NCBI GenBank assembly: GCA_947586625.1
Contig: CANPXS010000001.1
Coordinates: 4,001-68,000 of the forward strand
Direction: 5' to 3'
DNA length: 64,000 nt
Source of the DNA: an uncultured Clostridia bacterium
Lineage (GTDB): Bacteria > Bacillota > Clostridia > Oscillospirales > CAG-272
Shown here: positions 20,201 through 29,716 of the stretch, in pieces
Layout: the number at the start of each line of letters is the position of its first letter
How positions within the stretch are numbered: the stretch's first letter is position 1
Program-made: the position numbers and the translations under genes
Notes under the pieces: generated by a model
The model's database searches: none
Told to the model about the DNA's origin: nothing
What the model saw: only the letters and a program-made list of their open reading frames with translations

Positions 20201-20447
20201 TGTACTACGCGCGATGGACAGCTCGCTTTCGGGCGAGTACATTCCCGTGCGGTTCAAGTCGGACGGCATGCCGTACGCGGACAGCATATCGTCGCTCGCC
20301 GACGGCGACGGCTTTGACGCCATCTACCGCGACCTCGAGGACACCGTGCGCCGCATATGCGCGGAGGCTCGGTCGGGGGACGCGTCCGCCGTACCGGGCG
20401 ACGCGTGCGCATACTGCCGCTCGAAGGCGGTGTGCAGGAGAGTATAG
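17217..20447 (+). CDS. addB: helicase-exonuclease AddAB, subunit B
   Basis: It starts at MKLVYANGQTAG (ATGA overlap with the upstream stop). The C-terminal RecB-type nuclease has VVDYKTG and the Cys cluster ..CAYCRSKAVC. It sits directly upstream of addA. Confidence 0.92.
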   Translation: MKLVYANGQTAGLDYLSRSVADAVADAQCARGGRVFVVIPDQMAVTVEDALSRATPPSAQFDYDVVSFRRLADYIFRAKGGVFYRFADKAAETVTMWRAFSSVSEHLLHYKNSVTPDTVPSLLSAVEELKSSMVTPEDMMRAAIKLSGEGAPESRVQKYIDIANIYEAYGELLHDTYDDRLEALTHAVERVRGTDFFEHSRVFVFAFSGFTAQQSAMIAEMTSAQSLTLIFPIPGDGRDVGERHDFDGIAETRLRLRALAARRRVPFEIEYTGERKDGCVSLLTDALWRGTTKLTDDVPDGVEIIEAASRRGEAEAAAIKISAAVRAGLRFRDIAVCTGSLENYRGIIDGVFDAYSIPYHMSYRAPVEKMQLASALLAALRTVIYGWRADDIVAYIKTGLTGLDPDDEDELVLYMTTWNIGGRRFRDPDGGAWAMNPDGYTVNWTERGKQMLGRVNISRTAVAEPLEELADAFGDDTDAKVKTDAVRAFLERAASNADDSAAERLPDIIADALDAVGNITGPIKAADYFTCLRLVLDTLSVGTIPSRTDEVQISDTIGMRGRGCRLVIILGCADGELPAFGAGGFFTESERMSLEGVGVTVGESAEYRSAMELYNLTRCVSFGENVVFTYRTQENGSLPTVIDRVRAIFPNVKRVKFDGVTSADLIYSSSGAVSGFTRIKNGAERDAAVAELYDIPAARRVVDGMSTPISASYEVVSDETAKSIFGGSISFSQSRLESFVTCRFGFYCSYVLGLQKQARARIDYANIGTLIHAVLEKIFSSGMITRENVTDGELERAADGIIADYMTLLFPRGSQNARMRGLWRRLRRSVLVFLRTFRDEFAQSKFRPVLFEVPFGMGEGSMPPLKIRLDGGGYAYLRGVADRVDTYRDADGHLYIRVVDYKTGQKTFSPDDIKEGHNLQLPLYLYTICADGESRVESLGGKSGDILVPAGFLYVGVRPSDTDAGGGVGVGIDESDAYERSRRLPRRGILLADEHVLRAMDSSLSGEYIPVRFKSDGMPYADSISSLADGDGFDAIYRDLEDTVRRICAEARSGDASAVPGDACAYCRSKAVCRRV

Positions 20448-20538
20448 GGAGTTCACACGCTTTTTATAAAAGCGGTCGATCAAAGTTTTCAAAAAAGGGG
20501 GCGCAGGGGAAACATTTCCGCTTTTCCTGCAAACCGAA

Positions 20539-23500
20539 ATGCCGAACTTTACAAAATCACAACTTGACGCGATCACAACGACAGGTCACGATCTGCTCGT
20601 TTCGGCGGCGGCGGGCTCGGGCAAAACGACGGCGCTGACGGAGCGCATCGTGCGCCGCATCGAGGCGGGCGTCGACATCGGACGGCTGCTGATCGTGACG
20701 TTTTCGCGCGCGTCGGCGGCAGACATGAAAAAAAAGCTCGCGGACGCGCTGCTTTCGCGCGCCGAAACGACTGGAGACAGACGGCTGCTGCGTCAGAGCG
20801 CGCGTCTCGGCGAGGCCGAGATCGGCACGATACACAGCTTCTGCTATTCGCTCGTCCGCCGTCACAGTGAGCTGTGCGGACTGCCCGCGAAGCTGCGCGT
20901 CCCCGACGACGCCGAGGCGAAGCTGCTGCGCGAGGAGTGCATGAACGATACCGTCGACGCATTCTACGAGTCCGACAGCGGCGACGGCACAGACCCCGCC
21001 GCAGATATTGTAGCGCTCGCCGACCACATCGCGGGCAGCCGCGACGACGCGGCGATGACGAATACGCTGCTTTCGCTTTATGAGAAAACGTCGTGCCTGA
21101 CGCGGCGGTTTTACGCGATCGGTGACAGCGCCGACGCGCTCGAACATGCGGACGCCGATACATTTCTCGACTCCGACGCGGGCAAATACATAAAGCGCGC
21201 AGCCAAAGACGGCGTACACTATTATGCTGCGATAATGGAGCGCGCGTGCGCCGACATCGCCGCATACGACAAATACGCGGAAAAGTATCTGCCGTCGTTT
21301 ACCGCGTCGCTCGACTCGCTGCGCCGCGTCGAGGCGGCGCTCGACGGCGGCATCTACGGCGATACTGCCGCGGCGATAGACGCGTACTCGTCGCCGAGGC
21401 TCGGCGTCGTAAAGGGTGAGAAGCCGCCCGAAGTCGAATTTTACTGCTCGAAACGCACGGAGGCGCAGAAATACCTCGCCACCATCCGCCGCGAATATTT
21501 CTCCGCCGACGCGGACACGCTCGCCTCGTCGCTATCCGCGACATCGTCCGTGTGCCGCGGCATCGTGCGAGTTCTCTCGGACTTTGACCGCCGCTACCGC
21601 GAGGAAAAGCGTCGGCGCGGGCTCGTCGACTATGACGATCTCGAGCACATGGTGTACGAACTGCTTCTGCGTCCCGACGTGCGCGATGAGATCGCCGCCG
21701 ACTACGACGAAATTTACATAGACGAGTACCAGGACGTGAACACCGTGCAGGACGCGATATTCTCGCTTCTGTCGCGCGGCGAGCACGGCAGCAGATTCAT
21801 GGTCGGCGACGTAAAACAGTCCATATACGGTTTCAGAGGCGCTGACCCGACTATATTCGACCGCCACCGCCGCACGCTCGATACCGTATTTATGCAGGAA
21901 AATTTCCGTTGCGACGCGCCCGTCGTCGACTTCGTTAACGACGTCTGCGGTCAGCTTTTGCCGCACGGCAACGTGACGTACGAGCTGCGCGATGAGCTGC
22001 GCCATGCGAAGACCGACGCCGATATAACTTCGCGTCCGCGCGTTATCGTGACAGGGCGCGACGGCGAGGCCGCCGCCGTCGCCGATATTGCGGCAACCGC
22101 CGTCGCGGACGGCTACCGTCCCGACGACATAGCGATACTTCTGCGCTCCGCTAAAAGCCGGGGCGGCGACATCGCGGACGCGCTGCGTGCGCGCGGCATA
22201 CCGGTACAGAACGACACGCAGGCAAACTTCTTCGAGTGTCCCGAGGTGCTGCTCGTGCTCTGCCTTCTCCACGTATGCGACAGCCCACTCTACGACGTTT
22301 ACACGGCGGGCGCGCTGCGTTCGCCCGTATTCGGATTCTCTCTCGACGACCTGTCGCGCCTTTCGTCGTGCGGCGAGCACGGCGAGCCGCTGTGGTATAA
22401 GATCAAAGATGCCGCAAACGAAACCGACGGCGACACCGCGCACGAAAACGCGCTTATGACAGACGCGGTGCGCGCCAAATGCCGCGACGCATACGAGACG
22501 ATAAACCGCTGGCGCGAGGTCACGCGCACCATGACCGCCGACGAGGTCATTCGCCTCATCTACGACGAGACCGGCATCGAGTCGCTTCTGTGGACAGACG
22601 TAAACGCCGCGTCCGGCTCGCCGCAGCTCCGCGCCGACAACCTGTCCGCGCTCTACGACTACGCGCGCGGGTTCGAATCGGGCGGCTACCGCGGACTGCA
22701 CCGCTTCGTCGCCTACGTCGACAGCATCGTCGAGGGCGGCGTCAACAGCCCCGTCCGCGCGTCGGGGCCGGGCGGCACGGTGCGCATCATGACGATACAT
22801 CAGTCAAAAGGGCTCGAATTCCCCGTCGTGATAGTCGCCGGCTGCGGAAGCGCGCGAAACGAAAGCGACATTAGAGCGTCCGTTTTGTGGTCGCGGACTG
22901 CGGGCGCGGCTATGAAGCTGCGCGCGAACGCGTCGTCGACCGTCATGATCGACACGCTGCCGAGACGCGGCGTCGCCGCCGCCGTCGCCGACGAGGGCAC
23001 GGCGGAGGAAATGCGCATCCTGTACGTCGCGCTGACGCGCGCGAAGGAGCAGCTTTTCATTACCGCCGCCGTCGCAGACCCCGAAAAGACTGCCGCCGAC
23101 GCAAAGCGGGAGGCGGAGTTTTTCTCCGCGCACACGGTGCGCAGGGAAAAGACCGCGCTCGGCTGGATACTCACGTCGCTGTACGCATCGGGAAACGATT
23201 CCGCCGACGTGGAGATACGCGCCGACGCAGATGTAGAAGATGTAGCAGATGTAGAAAATGTAGAAGATGCAGCAGATGCAGATACCGCAGTCGAAGCCGA
23301 AAACGCCGCCGACGGCGCGCAATCGCAGCCTCACGCCGACGTCCCCGACGAGGACGAGGTCAACAAGTACCGCAAACTGATACGCGAGCGCCTCGACTAC
23401 CGCTACCCGTACGAGCGCATAGGCTCGCTGCCCGCGAAACTGTCGGTGTCGCGTCTGCGCCCCGACATACTCGACTCCGCCGACGAGGACGCGGTGTCTC

Positions 23501-24081
23501 TCGTCTCCGTGAAACCGTCCGCGTCGGAGGGACCGAACAAATCCGCACTCGCGGGCACCGCGACCCACATCTATATGCAGTTCTGCGACTTTGACGCCGC
23601 CGCCCGCGACGCAAAAGCGGAGGGTGAACGGCTGCTCTCGCTCGGCTACATCGCGCTTGCCGACTTCGACCGCATACGGTGGGACGAGATTGAAGCATTC
23701 TTCCGCTCCGACATATATGCGCGCATATCATCGTCGGACAAGGTGTGGCGCGAGCGCCGCTTCAACGTCAGACTGCCCGCGTCCGACTTCACCGAAGATG
23801 AATCCGACCGCGAGCTTTACCGTGATGAAGAACTGCTCGTGCAGGGCGTCATAGACTGCTTTTTCCGCGAGAGGGGCGGCATCGTGCTCCTCGATTACAA
23901 GACCGACCGACTGTCGCCGTACGAGCTTTCGCACCCCGACGCGGCATCACGCGTCCTGCGCGAACGTCACTCGCGTCAGCTCGGCTACTACCGCGCCGCG
24001 CTCACGCGCATATTCGGCGAGCCGCCCGCGCACACGTACGTGTACTCGATGGCGCTCGGCGGCACGGTCGAGATATATTAA
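20539..24081 (+). CDS. addA: helicase-exonuclease AddAB, subunit A
   Basis: UvrD/PcrA-type Walker A AAAGSGKTTAL and a C-terminal nuclease GVIDCFF..LLDYKTD. 1180 aa. Confidence 0.95.
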   Translation: MPNFTKSQLDAITTTGHDLLVSAAAGSGKTTALTERIVRRIEAGVDIGRLLIVTFSRASAADMKKKLADALLSRAETTGDRRLLRQSARLGEAEIGTIHSFCYSLVRRHSELCGLPAKLRVPDDAEAKLLREECMNDTVDAFYESDSGDGTDPAADIVALADHIAGSRDDAAMTNTLLSLYEKTSCLTRRFYAIGDSADALEHADADTFLDSDAGKYIKRAAKDGVHYYAAIMERACADIAAYDKYAEKYLPSFTASLDSLRRVEAALDGGIYGDTAAAIDAYSSPRLGVVKGEKPPEVEFYCSKRTEAQKYLATIRREYFSADADTLASSLSATSSVCRGIVRVLSDFDRRYREEKRRRGLVDYDDLEHMVYELLLRPDVRDEIAADYDEIYIDEYQDVNTVQDAIFSLLSRGEHGSRFMVGDVKQSIYGFRGADPTIFDRHRRTLDTVFMQENFRCDAPVVDFVNDVCGQLLPHGNVTYELRDELRHAKTDADITSRPRVIVTGRDGEAAAVADIAATAVADGYRPDDIAILLRSAKSRGGDIADALRARGIPVQNDTQANFFECPEVLLVLCLLHVCDSPLYDVYTAGALRSPVFGFSLDDLSRLSSCGEHGEPLWYKIKDAANETDGDTAHENALMTDAVRAKCRDAYETINRWREVTRTMTADEVIRLIYDETGIESLLWTDVNAASGSPQLRADNLSALYDYARGFESGGYRGLHRFVAYVDSIVEGGVNSPVRASGPGGTVRIMTIHQSKGLEFPVVIVAGCGSARNESDIRASVLWSRTAGAAMKLRANASSTVMIDTLPRRGVAAAVADEGTAEEMRILYVALTRAKEQLFITAAVADPEKTAADAKREAEFFSAHTVRREKTALGWILTSLYASGNDSADVEIRADADVEDVADVENVEDAADADTAVEAENAADGAQSQPHADVPDEDEVNKYRKLIRERLDYRYPYERIGSLPAKLSVSRLRPDILDSADEDAVSLVSVKPSASEGPNKSALAGTATHIYMQFCDFDAAARDAKAEGERLLSLGYIALADFDRIRWDEIEAFFRSDIYARISSSDKVWRERRFNVRLPASDFTEDESDRELYRDEELLVQGVIDCFFRERGGIVLLDYKTDRLSPYELSHPDAASRVLRERHSRQLGYYRAALTRIFGEPPAHTYVYSMALGGTVEIY

Positions 24082-24098
24082 CTCATATAAAACATAAA

Positions 24099-24146
24099 AC
24101 GTCCCGACGACGACCGCAAAAGCGGTCGACGCCGGGGCGTTTTATC
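24099..24146. terminator. bidirectional terminator between convergent addA and aminotransferase genes
   Basis: Imperfect long hairpin CGTCCCGACGACGACCGC-AAAA-GCGGTCGACGCCGGGGCG, flanked by AAAA and TTTTAT. Confidence 0.55.
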
Positions 24147-24162
24147 GTTTCTTGATGTCTTT

Positions 24163-25422
24163 TCACTCGAGGCACGCCAGCTTGACGCACAGACAGAGCA
24201 CGTCCATCGCCGTCTGCAAGTCGTCGTTTTCGGGGAACGACGGCGCGATGCGCAAATTCTTGTCCTCGGGGTCGTGGTGGTACGGGTATGTAGCGCCCGC
24301 CTCCGTCAGCTTCACGCCGACGTAACGGCACAGCTCGTACACCTTCTTCGCGTGACCGGGCAGAACGTCGAGGCTCACGAAATAGCCTCCCTTCGGACGT
24401 CTCCAGCTCGCGATGCCGAGACCGCCGAGCTCGCGCTCGAGCGTGTCGCACACGATCTCAAACTTCGGACGCAGAAGCGCCGCATGCTCCTCCATGTGGC
24501 GGAGTATGCCGTCCGCGTTGCCGAAATACTTGACGTGACGTATCTGATTTATCTTGTCGTACCCTATCGTCTGCACCGACATGAGTTCCTTCGTCCGGTG
24601 CAGATTGTCCTCGCTCGCCGCCATTATAGCGACTCCCGAGCCCGGGAACGTTATCTTCGACGTCGACGCGTAGTACATTATCATGTTCTCGTTGCGTCTG
24701 CCGAGCTTTTTTGCCTCGGTGAAGATGTTGAGAAGCTCCGTTTTGTCGTCCGGATAAAGATCATGCACCGCGTACGCGTTGTCCCAGTATATTCTGAAAT
24801 CGGGCGCTTTCGGTTCGAGCGCCGCGAAACGACGCACGACATCGTCGCTATATGTGATACCGCTCGGATTCGAATACTTCGGCACGCACCAAATGCCCTT
24901 TATCTCCGCGTCGGAGCCGACGAGCTCCTCCACAATGTCCATATCGGGACCGTCGTCCGTCATCGGAACGGGTATCATCTCTATCCCCAGCGACTCGCAT
25001 ATTGCAAAATGACGGTCATATCCCGGCACGGGGCACAAGAACTTCACATGCTTTTCGCGTCCCCACGGACGCACGCTGCCGTATACGCCGAACTGCATCG
25101 CGCGGATTATGCTGTCGTACATGATGTTCAGACTCGAATTTCCCGCGACGAGTATGTTCTCCGCCGGTATTCCGAGCAGCTCGGAGAACAGACGCTTTGC
25201 CTCCGGTATTCCGTCGAGCACGCCGTAATTGCGGCAGTCGCCTACCTCGGAAATGCAGTCCGCGCTGCTCTTGACGACGTCGAGCATTCCCATCGAGATG
25301 TCGAGCTGGCTCTTTCCCGGCTTTCCGCGCGTTAAGTCGAGCGCGTAGCCGCGGCTCTTTATATCCTCATATTCGCGCCAAAGCGCGTCTATGTCAATCG
25401 TTGTATTTACGTTTACGTTCAA
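24163..25422 (-). CDS. PLP-dependent aminotransferase (class I/II fold)
   Basis: 419 aa. The N-terminus ..LDLTRGKPGKSQLD.. and the core ..YASTSKITFPGSGV.. (putative PLP-lysine context) are typical of this fold. Confidence 0.8.
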   Translation of the reverse strand: MNVNVNTTIDIDALWREYEDIKSRGYALDLTRGKPGKSQLDISMGMLDVVKSSADCISEVGDCRNYGVLDGIPEAKRLFSELLGIPAENILVAGNSSLNIMYDSIIRAMQFGVYGSVRPWGREKHVKFLCPVPGYDRHFAICESLGIEMIPVPMTDDGPDMDIVEELVGSDAEIKGIWCVPKYSNPSGITYSDDVVRRFAALEPKAPDFRIYWDNAYAVHDLYPDDKTELLNIFTEAKKLGRRNENMIMYYASTSKITFPGSGVAIMAASEDNLHRTKELMSVQTIGYDKINQIRHVKYFGNADGILRHMEEHAALLRPKFEIVCDTLERELGGLGIASWRRPKGGYFVSLDVLPGHAKKVYELCRYVGVKLTEAGATYPYHHDPEDKNLRIAPSFPENDDLQTAMDVLCLCVKLACLE

Positions 25423-25452
25423 AACGTTCGCCCCTTTTCAAAACTTCAAAAC

Positions 25453-26856
25453 TTAAAACTCCGCGTTGCCGACCGTTCTCGGGAACGGCTCCGTGTCGCG
25501 TATGTTGCCCATTCCCGTCATATACATGAGCAGTCTGTCAAAGCCGAGACCGTAGCCCGCATGCTTGACGCTGCCGTAACGGCGCAGCTGCATGTACCAG
25601 TCGTAATCCTCGGGACGCAGACCGCATCTCTCGATAGCCGCCGCAAGATAGTCGGCGCGCTCCTCGCGCTGACTGCCTCCTATCATCTCGCCGACGCCGG
25701 GCACGAGCATGTCGCACGCCGCGACAGTCTTGCCGTCATCGTTCAGACGCATGTAGAACGCCTTTATCTCCTTCGGATAATCGGTCACAAACACCGGCTT
25801 GCCGAATATATGCTCGGTCAGGTACCGCTCATGCTCCGTCTGCATATCCATGCCCCAGAACACGGGATACTTGAACTCCGCGCCCGACTTCGAAAGCAAC
25901 TCGACCGCCTCCGTATACGTGACGCGTCCGAAATCGCTCCCGATGAGCGCGCGAAGCTGCTCGAGCTTGCCGGGAGCAACGAATTTATCGAAAAACTCCA
26001 TCTCGGCGGGGCACGTTTTGAGAACGTGGCGGATTATGTGCTTTATCATCGCCTCTGCGAGTTCCATATCGTCCTCGAGGTCAGCGAACGCTATCTCGGG
26101 CTCTATCATCCAGAACTCGGCGGCGTGACGCGTCGTATTCGAATTTTCGGCGCGGAACGTCGGACCGAACGTGTACACATTCGAATACGCCATAGCGAAC
26201 GTCTCGACGTTGAGCTGACCCGAAACGGTCAGATTCGCCGGCTTGCCGAAGAAATCCTTCGTATAATCTATTTTTCCGTCCTCGCCGCGCGGCGGATTCT
26301 CCATGTCGAGCGTCGTGATGCGGAACATCTCGCCGGCGCCCTCGCAGTCGGAGCAAGTCACGATAGGCGTGTGCACGTACACGAATCCGCGCTCATTGAA
26401 GAACGTGTGGATCGCATACGCTGCCTCGCTTCTGACGCGGAACACGGCGTTGAACGTGTTCGTGCGCGGACGCAGATGAGCGACCGAACGCAGATATTCC
26501 ATTGTATGACGCTTGTTCTGAAGCGGATAATCCGGCGTCGACGTTCCCTCGACCGTCACCGACTCGGCGTGTATCTCAAACGGCTGCTTCGCGTCGGGCG
26601 TCATCACGAGCTCGCCGCGCACATGCAGCGCGCAGCCTATGTTCTGATGCGCGATCTCGTCATAGTTGCCGAGCACCGACGACTCGAACACCACCTGTAA
26701 ATTAGTGAAATACGTTCCGTCGTTGAGCTCGATAAATCCGAACGCGTTCGACGCGCGCAGCTTGCGCGCCCATCCCGCGACGTGCAGCTTCTGACCCGCG
26801 TATTTTTCGGGGTCGGAGAATATCTGTTTTACCGTTGTAAGATCTTTTCTTTCCAT
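25453..26856 (-). CDS. asnS: asparagine--tRNA ligase
   Basis: 467 aa with an N-terminal OB fold ([23 protein letters not shown]) and a class II core. It ends in ..[10 protein letters not shown]. Confidence 0.96.
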   Translation of the reverse strand: MERKDLTTVKQIFSDPEKYAGQKLHVAGWARKLRASNAFGFIELNDGTYFTNLQVVFESSVLGNYDEIAHQNIGCALHVRGELVMTPDAKQPFEIHAESVTVEGTSTPDYPLQNKRHTMEYLRSVAHLRPRTNTFNAVFRVRSEAAYAIHTFFNERGFVYVHTPIVTCSDCEGAGEMFRITTLDMENPPRGEDGKIDYTKDFFGKPANLTVSGQLNVETFAMAYSNVYTFGPTFRAENSNTTRHAAEFWMIEPEIAFADLEDDMELAEAMIKHIIRHVLKTCPAEMEFFDKFVAPGKLEQLRALIGSDFGRVTYTEAVELLSKSGAEFKYPVFWGMDMQTEHERYLTEHIFGKPVFVTDYPKEIKAFYMRLNDDGKTVAACDMLVPGVGEMIGGSQREERADYLAAAIERCGLRPEDYDWYMQLRRYGSVKHAGYGLGFDRLLMYMTGMGNIRDTEPFPRTVGNAEF

Positions 26857-26973
26857 AGACTGTCCTTTTGCGATTTTGCATTTTTCGCTCGCCGCAATTT
26901 CATTTTCACATGGGCATCGCGTATATTATAGTATAGTATTGCAGAGTTTGCAATATCCAATATTCATAATAGT

Positions 26974-29406
26974 TTACAAAGTTTTTGAATTTTCTTGGGA
27001 AACTTTTTCGCCAGCACGCTGTTTTTCACGCCAAAAGTCATCGAGCACACGCATGACGGCGCGCCTGTCGCCCACATATCTCATATTCTGCCAGTGCGAC
27101 GGGAACAATGCCCTATACTGCGCAGTCCCGAATCTGTCGTCCACGAGCAGCACGACGCCGCGGTCGCTCTCGCTTCTTATAACGCGCCCCGCCGCCTGCA
27201 AGACCTTGTTCATGCCGGGGAACACGTACGCGAACTCGAACCCGCGCTCGCATATTCGCTCATAGTAATCGCGCAATAGATTCAGCTCCGTCGAAAGCTG
27301 CGGCATGCCGACGCCGACGACGATGACGCCCGACAGCCTGTCGCCGGGCAGATCGACGCCCTCCGAAAACACGCCTCCGAGCACGCAGAAGCCCACCTTC
27401 GTCACCTTCGGCGACTCCGTGAACTCGTCTATGAACGACTGCCGCTCGCGCTCCGACATGTGCTGCTTCTGCACCACGACCTCGACGCCACTCCTGTCGC
27501 CGAACGCGCCGCGCAAAAGCTCGAGATACGAATACGACGGCAGATAGCAGATGTAATTGCCGACCTTCGCTTTGACGACCGCCTCGATAAGCTCCGCGAT
27601 CTCACCCGCCGTCACAGCCCTGTCCGCCATTCTCGTGCTGATTTTGTCGGCGGCGAGAATGCACAGATTGTCGCGCTCATACGGCGACGGCAGCTCGAGC
27701 GTCTCGCACTCGCCGCACCCGAGCACGCGCGCGAAATAATCCGGCGGCTCGAGCGTCGCCGAGAACATCACGACAGCGCTCGCGCGTCTCATACGCTCGT
27801 CAAGATGCGCCGATGCGTCAAGGCACATGTGCGTGCAAATCACATCTCCGCCCCTCATCTCGACGAAAGCGGTGTGACGCCTGTCAAACATGTCCGCCGA
27901 CACGGCGAAATCTGACAGCATGCGCTTCACCCGCGACAGTATCTTCGCCGCGCGCCTCTCCTCGCCGCTCTCGCCTCCGCGCATCAGAAACGCTTCGCGA
28001 CCGCACATCGCCGACGCTTCCTCCGCCGCTTTCGCGACGGCGGAAAACGGCTCGCCGCCGACGTAGAACCCGCGCATCTCGCCGTCTCCGCCGACAGTCA
28101 CGTCCTCGCACATCGCCGACGCCTTCCCTATCGCGTCCTCGACGAGCGCCAGCGACTCCTTCACATCAGCGTCGCGCGACACGTCCTTCGCCGCCGTCAC
28201 CGCCGACCGCGAAAGCGACGCCGAATACATCTCTCGCGCCCTGTCGACGAGGTTGTGAGCCTCGTCGCACAGAAGCGCGTATTTTTCACTCTTGTGTACG
28301 CTGTCCGCGCCGAAGAATCGGCGCAGGTACACGCGCGGATCGAACACATAGTTGAAATCGCATATTATAATATCGCACATCTCGGCGGCGTCGAGCGACA
28401 GCTCATACGGGCAAACGCGGTGACGCTTCGCGACCTCGACCGTCAGCTCCGGCGTGATGCATTTTCCCGCTCCTACCTCGGCGACGAGCTCCCACACCGC
28501 GTCTGCGGCACGGTCATAGTGACCGCTTGCATATTCGCAGCACTCGGCGCGGCAGTATTCGCCGTCGCCGTGACCGTCCGCGCACATGCGCTCGCGCGCC
28601 AAAACCGTTATCGCGCGCAGATGATCCGTCCTTTTGCACAGCGCCGACGACGCGTCCTCCGCCGCGAGCCTCGTCGACGTCTTAGCCGTGAGGTAGAACA
28701 CCCTGTCGACGAATCCCTCGCCGACTGCCTTGACGGACGGATAGAGCGCCGCCATCGTCTTGCCCGTACCCGTCGGCGCCTGTATCATGACGCGACCGCC
28801 GCGTCTGCACGCGCGCATGACGGCTGTCATGAACTCGGTCTGACCCTCTCTCGCTCCGCCGTACGGAAACCGCAGTTTCTTTATCGCCTGCGGCATCTTC
28901 GACTTTTTTTCGAGCGTGAGATGCGCGAACCGCTCCCACCGCGATATTATCGCCATCGCCTCGGCTTCGAGTTCCTCGCGCGAGAACACGCACTCGAAGC
29001 TGCGCTCTCTGCCTGCCGACTTCGGCACATACGTTATCCTGACGGCGGCGCGCCGCTGACCCGTGCCTCGGCACCACATGAACGCGTACAGCACGCCCTG
29101 CGCGATGTGCGCCTGCGGTATCGCGCCGTTTCCGCCGAAGAACGTGCCGGGCACCGTTTTAAGCTCCTCGACGGTGTCGTATTCCTCGCCCGTATAGATG
29201 AGGTCCGCCCTGCCGTCGATGTGATATTCGATGCCGCCGCTCTCAAACTCGAATGAGAGCGGCACCTCCGCCATTGCGCATCTTCCGTCCTCGACGCGCT
29301 TGTGCGCGAGCACGCCCTCCTCGACCGTAACGCCCGACGCGCGCCCGCCGATGTCCCCGCTCCGCGCGGCTGTATCCACTATTTCGGTAACGGTGACTGA
29401 GATCAT
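26974..29406 (-). CDS. DinG/XPD-family Fe-S DNA helicase with an N-terminal PD-(D/E)XK nuclease domain
   Basis: Helicase motifs APTGTGKT, DEAH (LLCDEAHNL) and QAAGRVIRSESDRG. Four-Cys cluster C-x9-C-x3-CC. N-terminal nuclease-like GRADLIY..VEELKT. The ATG at 29406 was chosen because the ORF extension to 29469 runs into a repeat hairpin. Confidence 0.85.
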   Translation of the reverse strand: MISVTVTEIVDTAARSGDIGGRASGVTVEEGVLAHKRVEDGRCAMAEVPLSFEFESGGIEYHIDGRADLIYTGEEYDTVEELKTVPGTFFGGNGAIPQAHIAQGVLYAFMWCRGTGQRRAAVRITYVPKSAGRERSFECVFSREELEAEAMAIISRWERFAHLTLEKKSKMPQAIKKLRFPYGGAREGQTEFMTAVMRACRRGGRVMIQAPTGTGKTMAALYPSVKAVGEGFVDRVFYLTAKTSTRLAAEDASSALCKRTDHLRAITVLARERMCADGHGDGEYCRAECCEYASGHYDRAADAVWELVAEVGAGKCITPELTVEVAKRHRVCPYELSLDAAEMCDIIICDFNYVFDPRVYLRRFFGADSVHKSEKYALLCDEAHNLVDRAREMYSASLSRSAVTAAKDVSRDADVKESLALVEDAIGKASAMCEDVTVGGDGEMRGFYVGGEPFSAVAKAAEEASAMCGREAFLMRGGESGEERRAAKILSRVKRMLSDFAVSADMFDRRHTAFVEMRGGDVICTHMCLDASAHLDERMRRASAVVMFSATLEPPDYFARVLGCGECETLELPSPYERDNLCILAADKISTRMADRAVTAGEIAELIEAVVKAKVGNYICYLPSYSYLELLRGAFGDRSGVEVVVQKQHMSERERQSFIDEFTESPKVTKVGFCVLGGVFSEGVDLPGDRLSGVIVVGVGMPQLSTELNLLRDYYERICERGFEFAYVFPGMNKVLQAAGRVIRSESDRGVVLLVDDRFGTAQYRALFPSHWQNMRYVGDRRAVMRVLDDFWREKQRAGEKVSQENSKTL

Positions 29407-29423
29407 GGTTTTGTTGGTTTTTT

Positions 29424-29700
29424 GCAGGGAGAGAGAACCTTTTTGAAAAAAGTTTCTCTCTCCCTGCACCCTCTCTTTTCAAAAACTTTTACTACTTTTT
29501 TGTTTTGATAAATCTAACAAAAACAATATCCTCGGAGATAGCTTAAGATAATCACTAATCGGTCCGCTTTTGGAGAAGGTAGCATCTCCTCACTTTGTTC
29601 GGAGCTGCCACACTTTCCGCGTAAGCGGAAAGTGTCGGAGGTTTGGCGCGTAAGCGACGAGATACCCCTCTCATTTTCAAAAACTTTTATTAAATCGATT
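29424..29700 (+). repeat. composite structured intergenic repeat, copy R1 (hairpin H, tail, module C, module B)
   Basis: Hairpin GCAGGGAGAGAGAACC..GTTTCTCTCTCCCTGC (29424-29467). Tail ACCCTCTCTTTTCAAAAACTTTTA. Module C AACAATATCCTCGGAGATAGCTTAAGATAATCACTAATCGGTCCGCTTTTGGAG. Module B includes ACACTTTCCGC-GTAA-GCGGAAAGTGT (29610-29635). Confidence 0.9.
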
Positions 29701-29716
29701 CTCCCACCGACACGCG

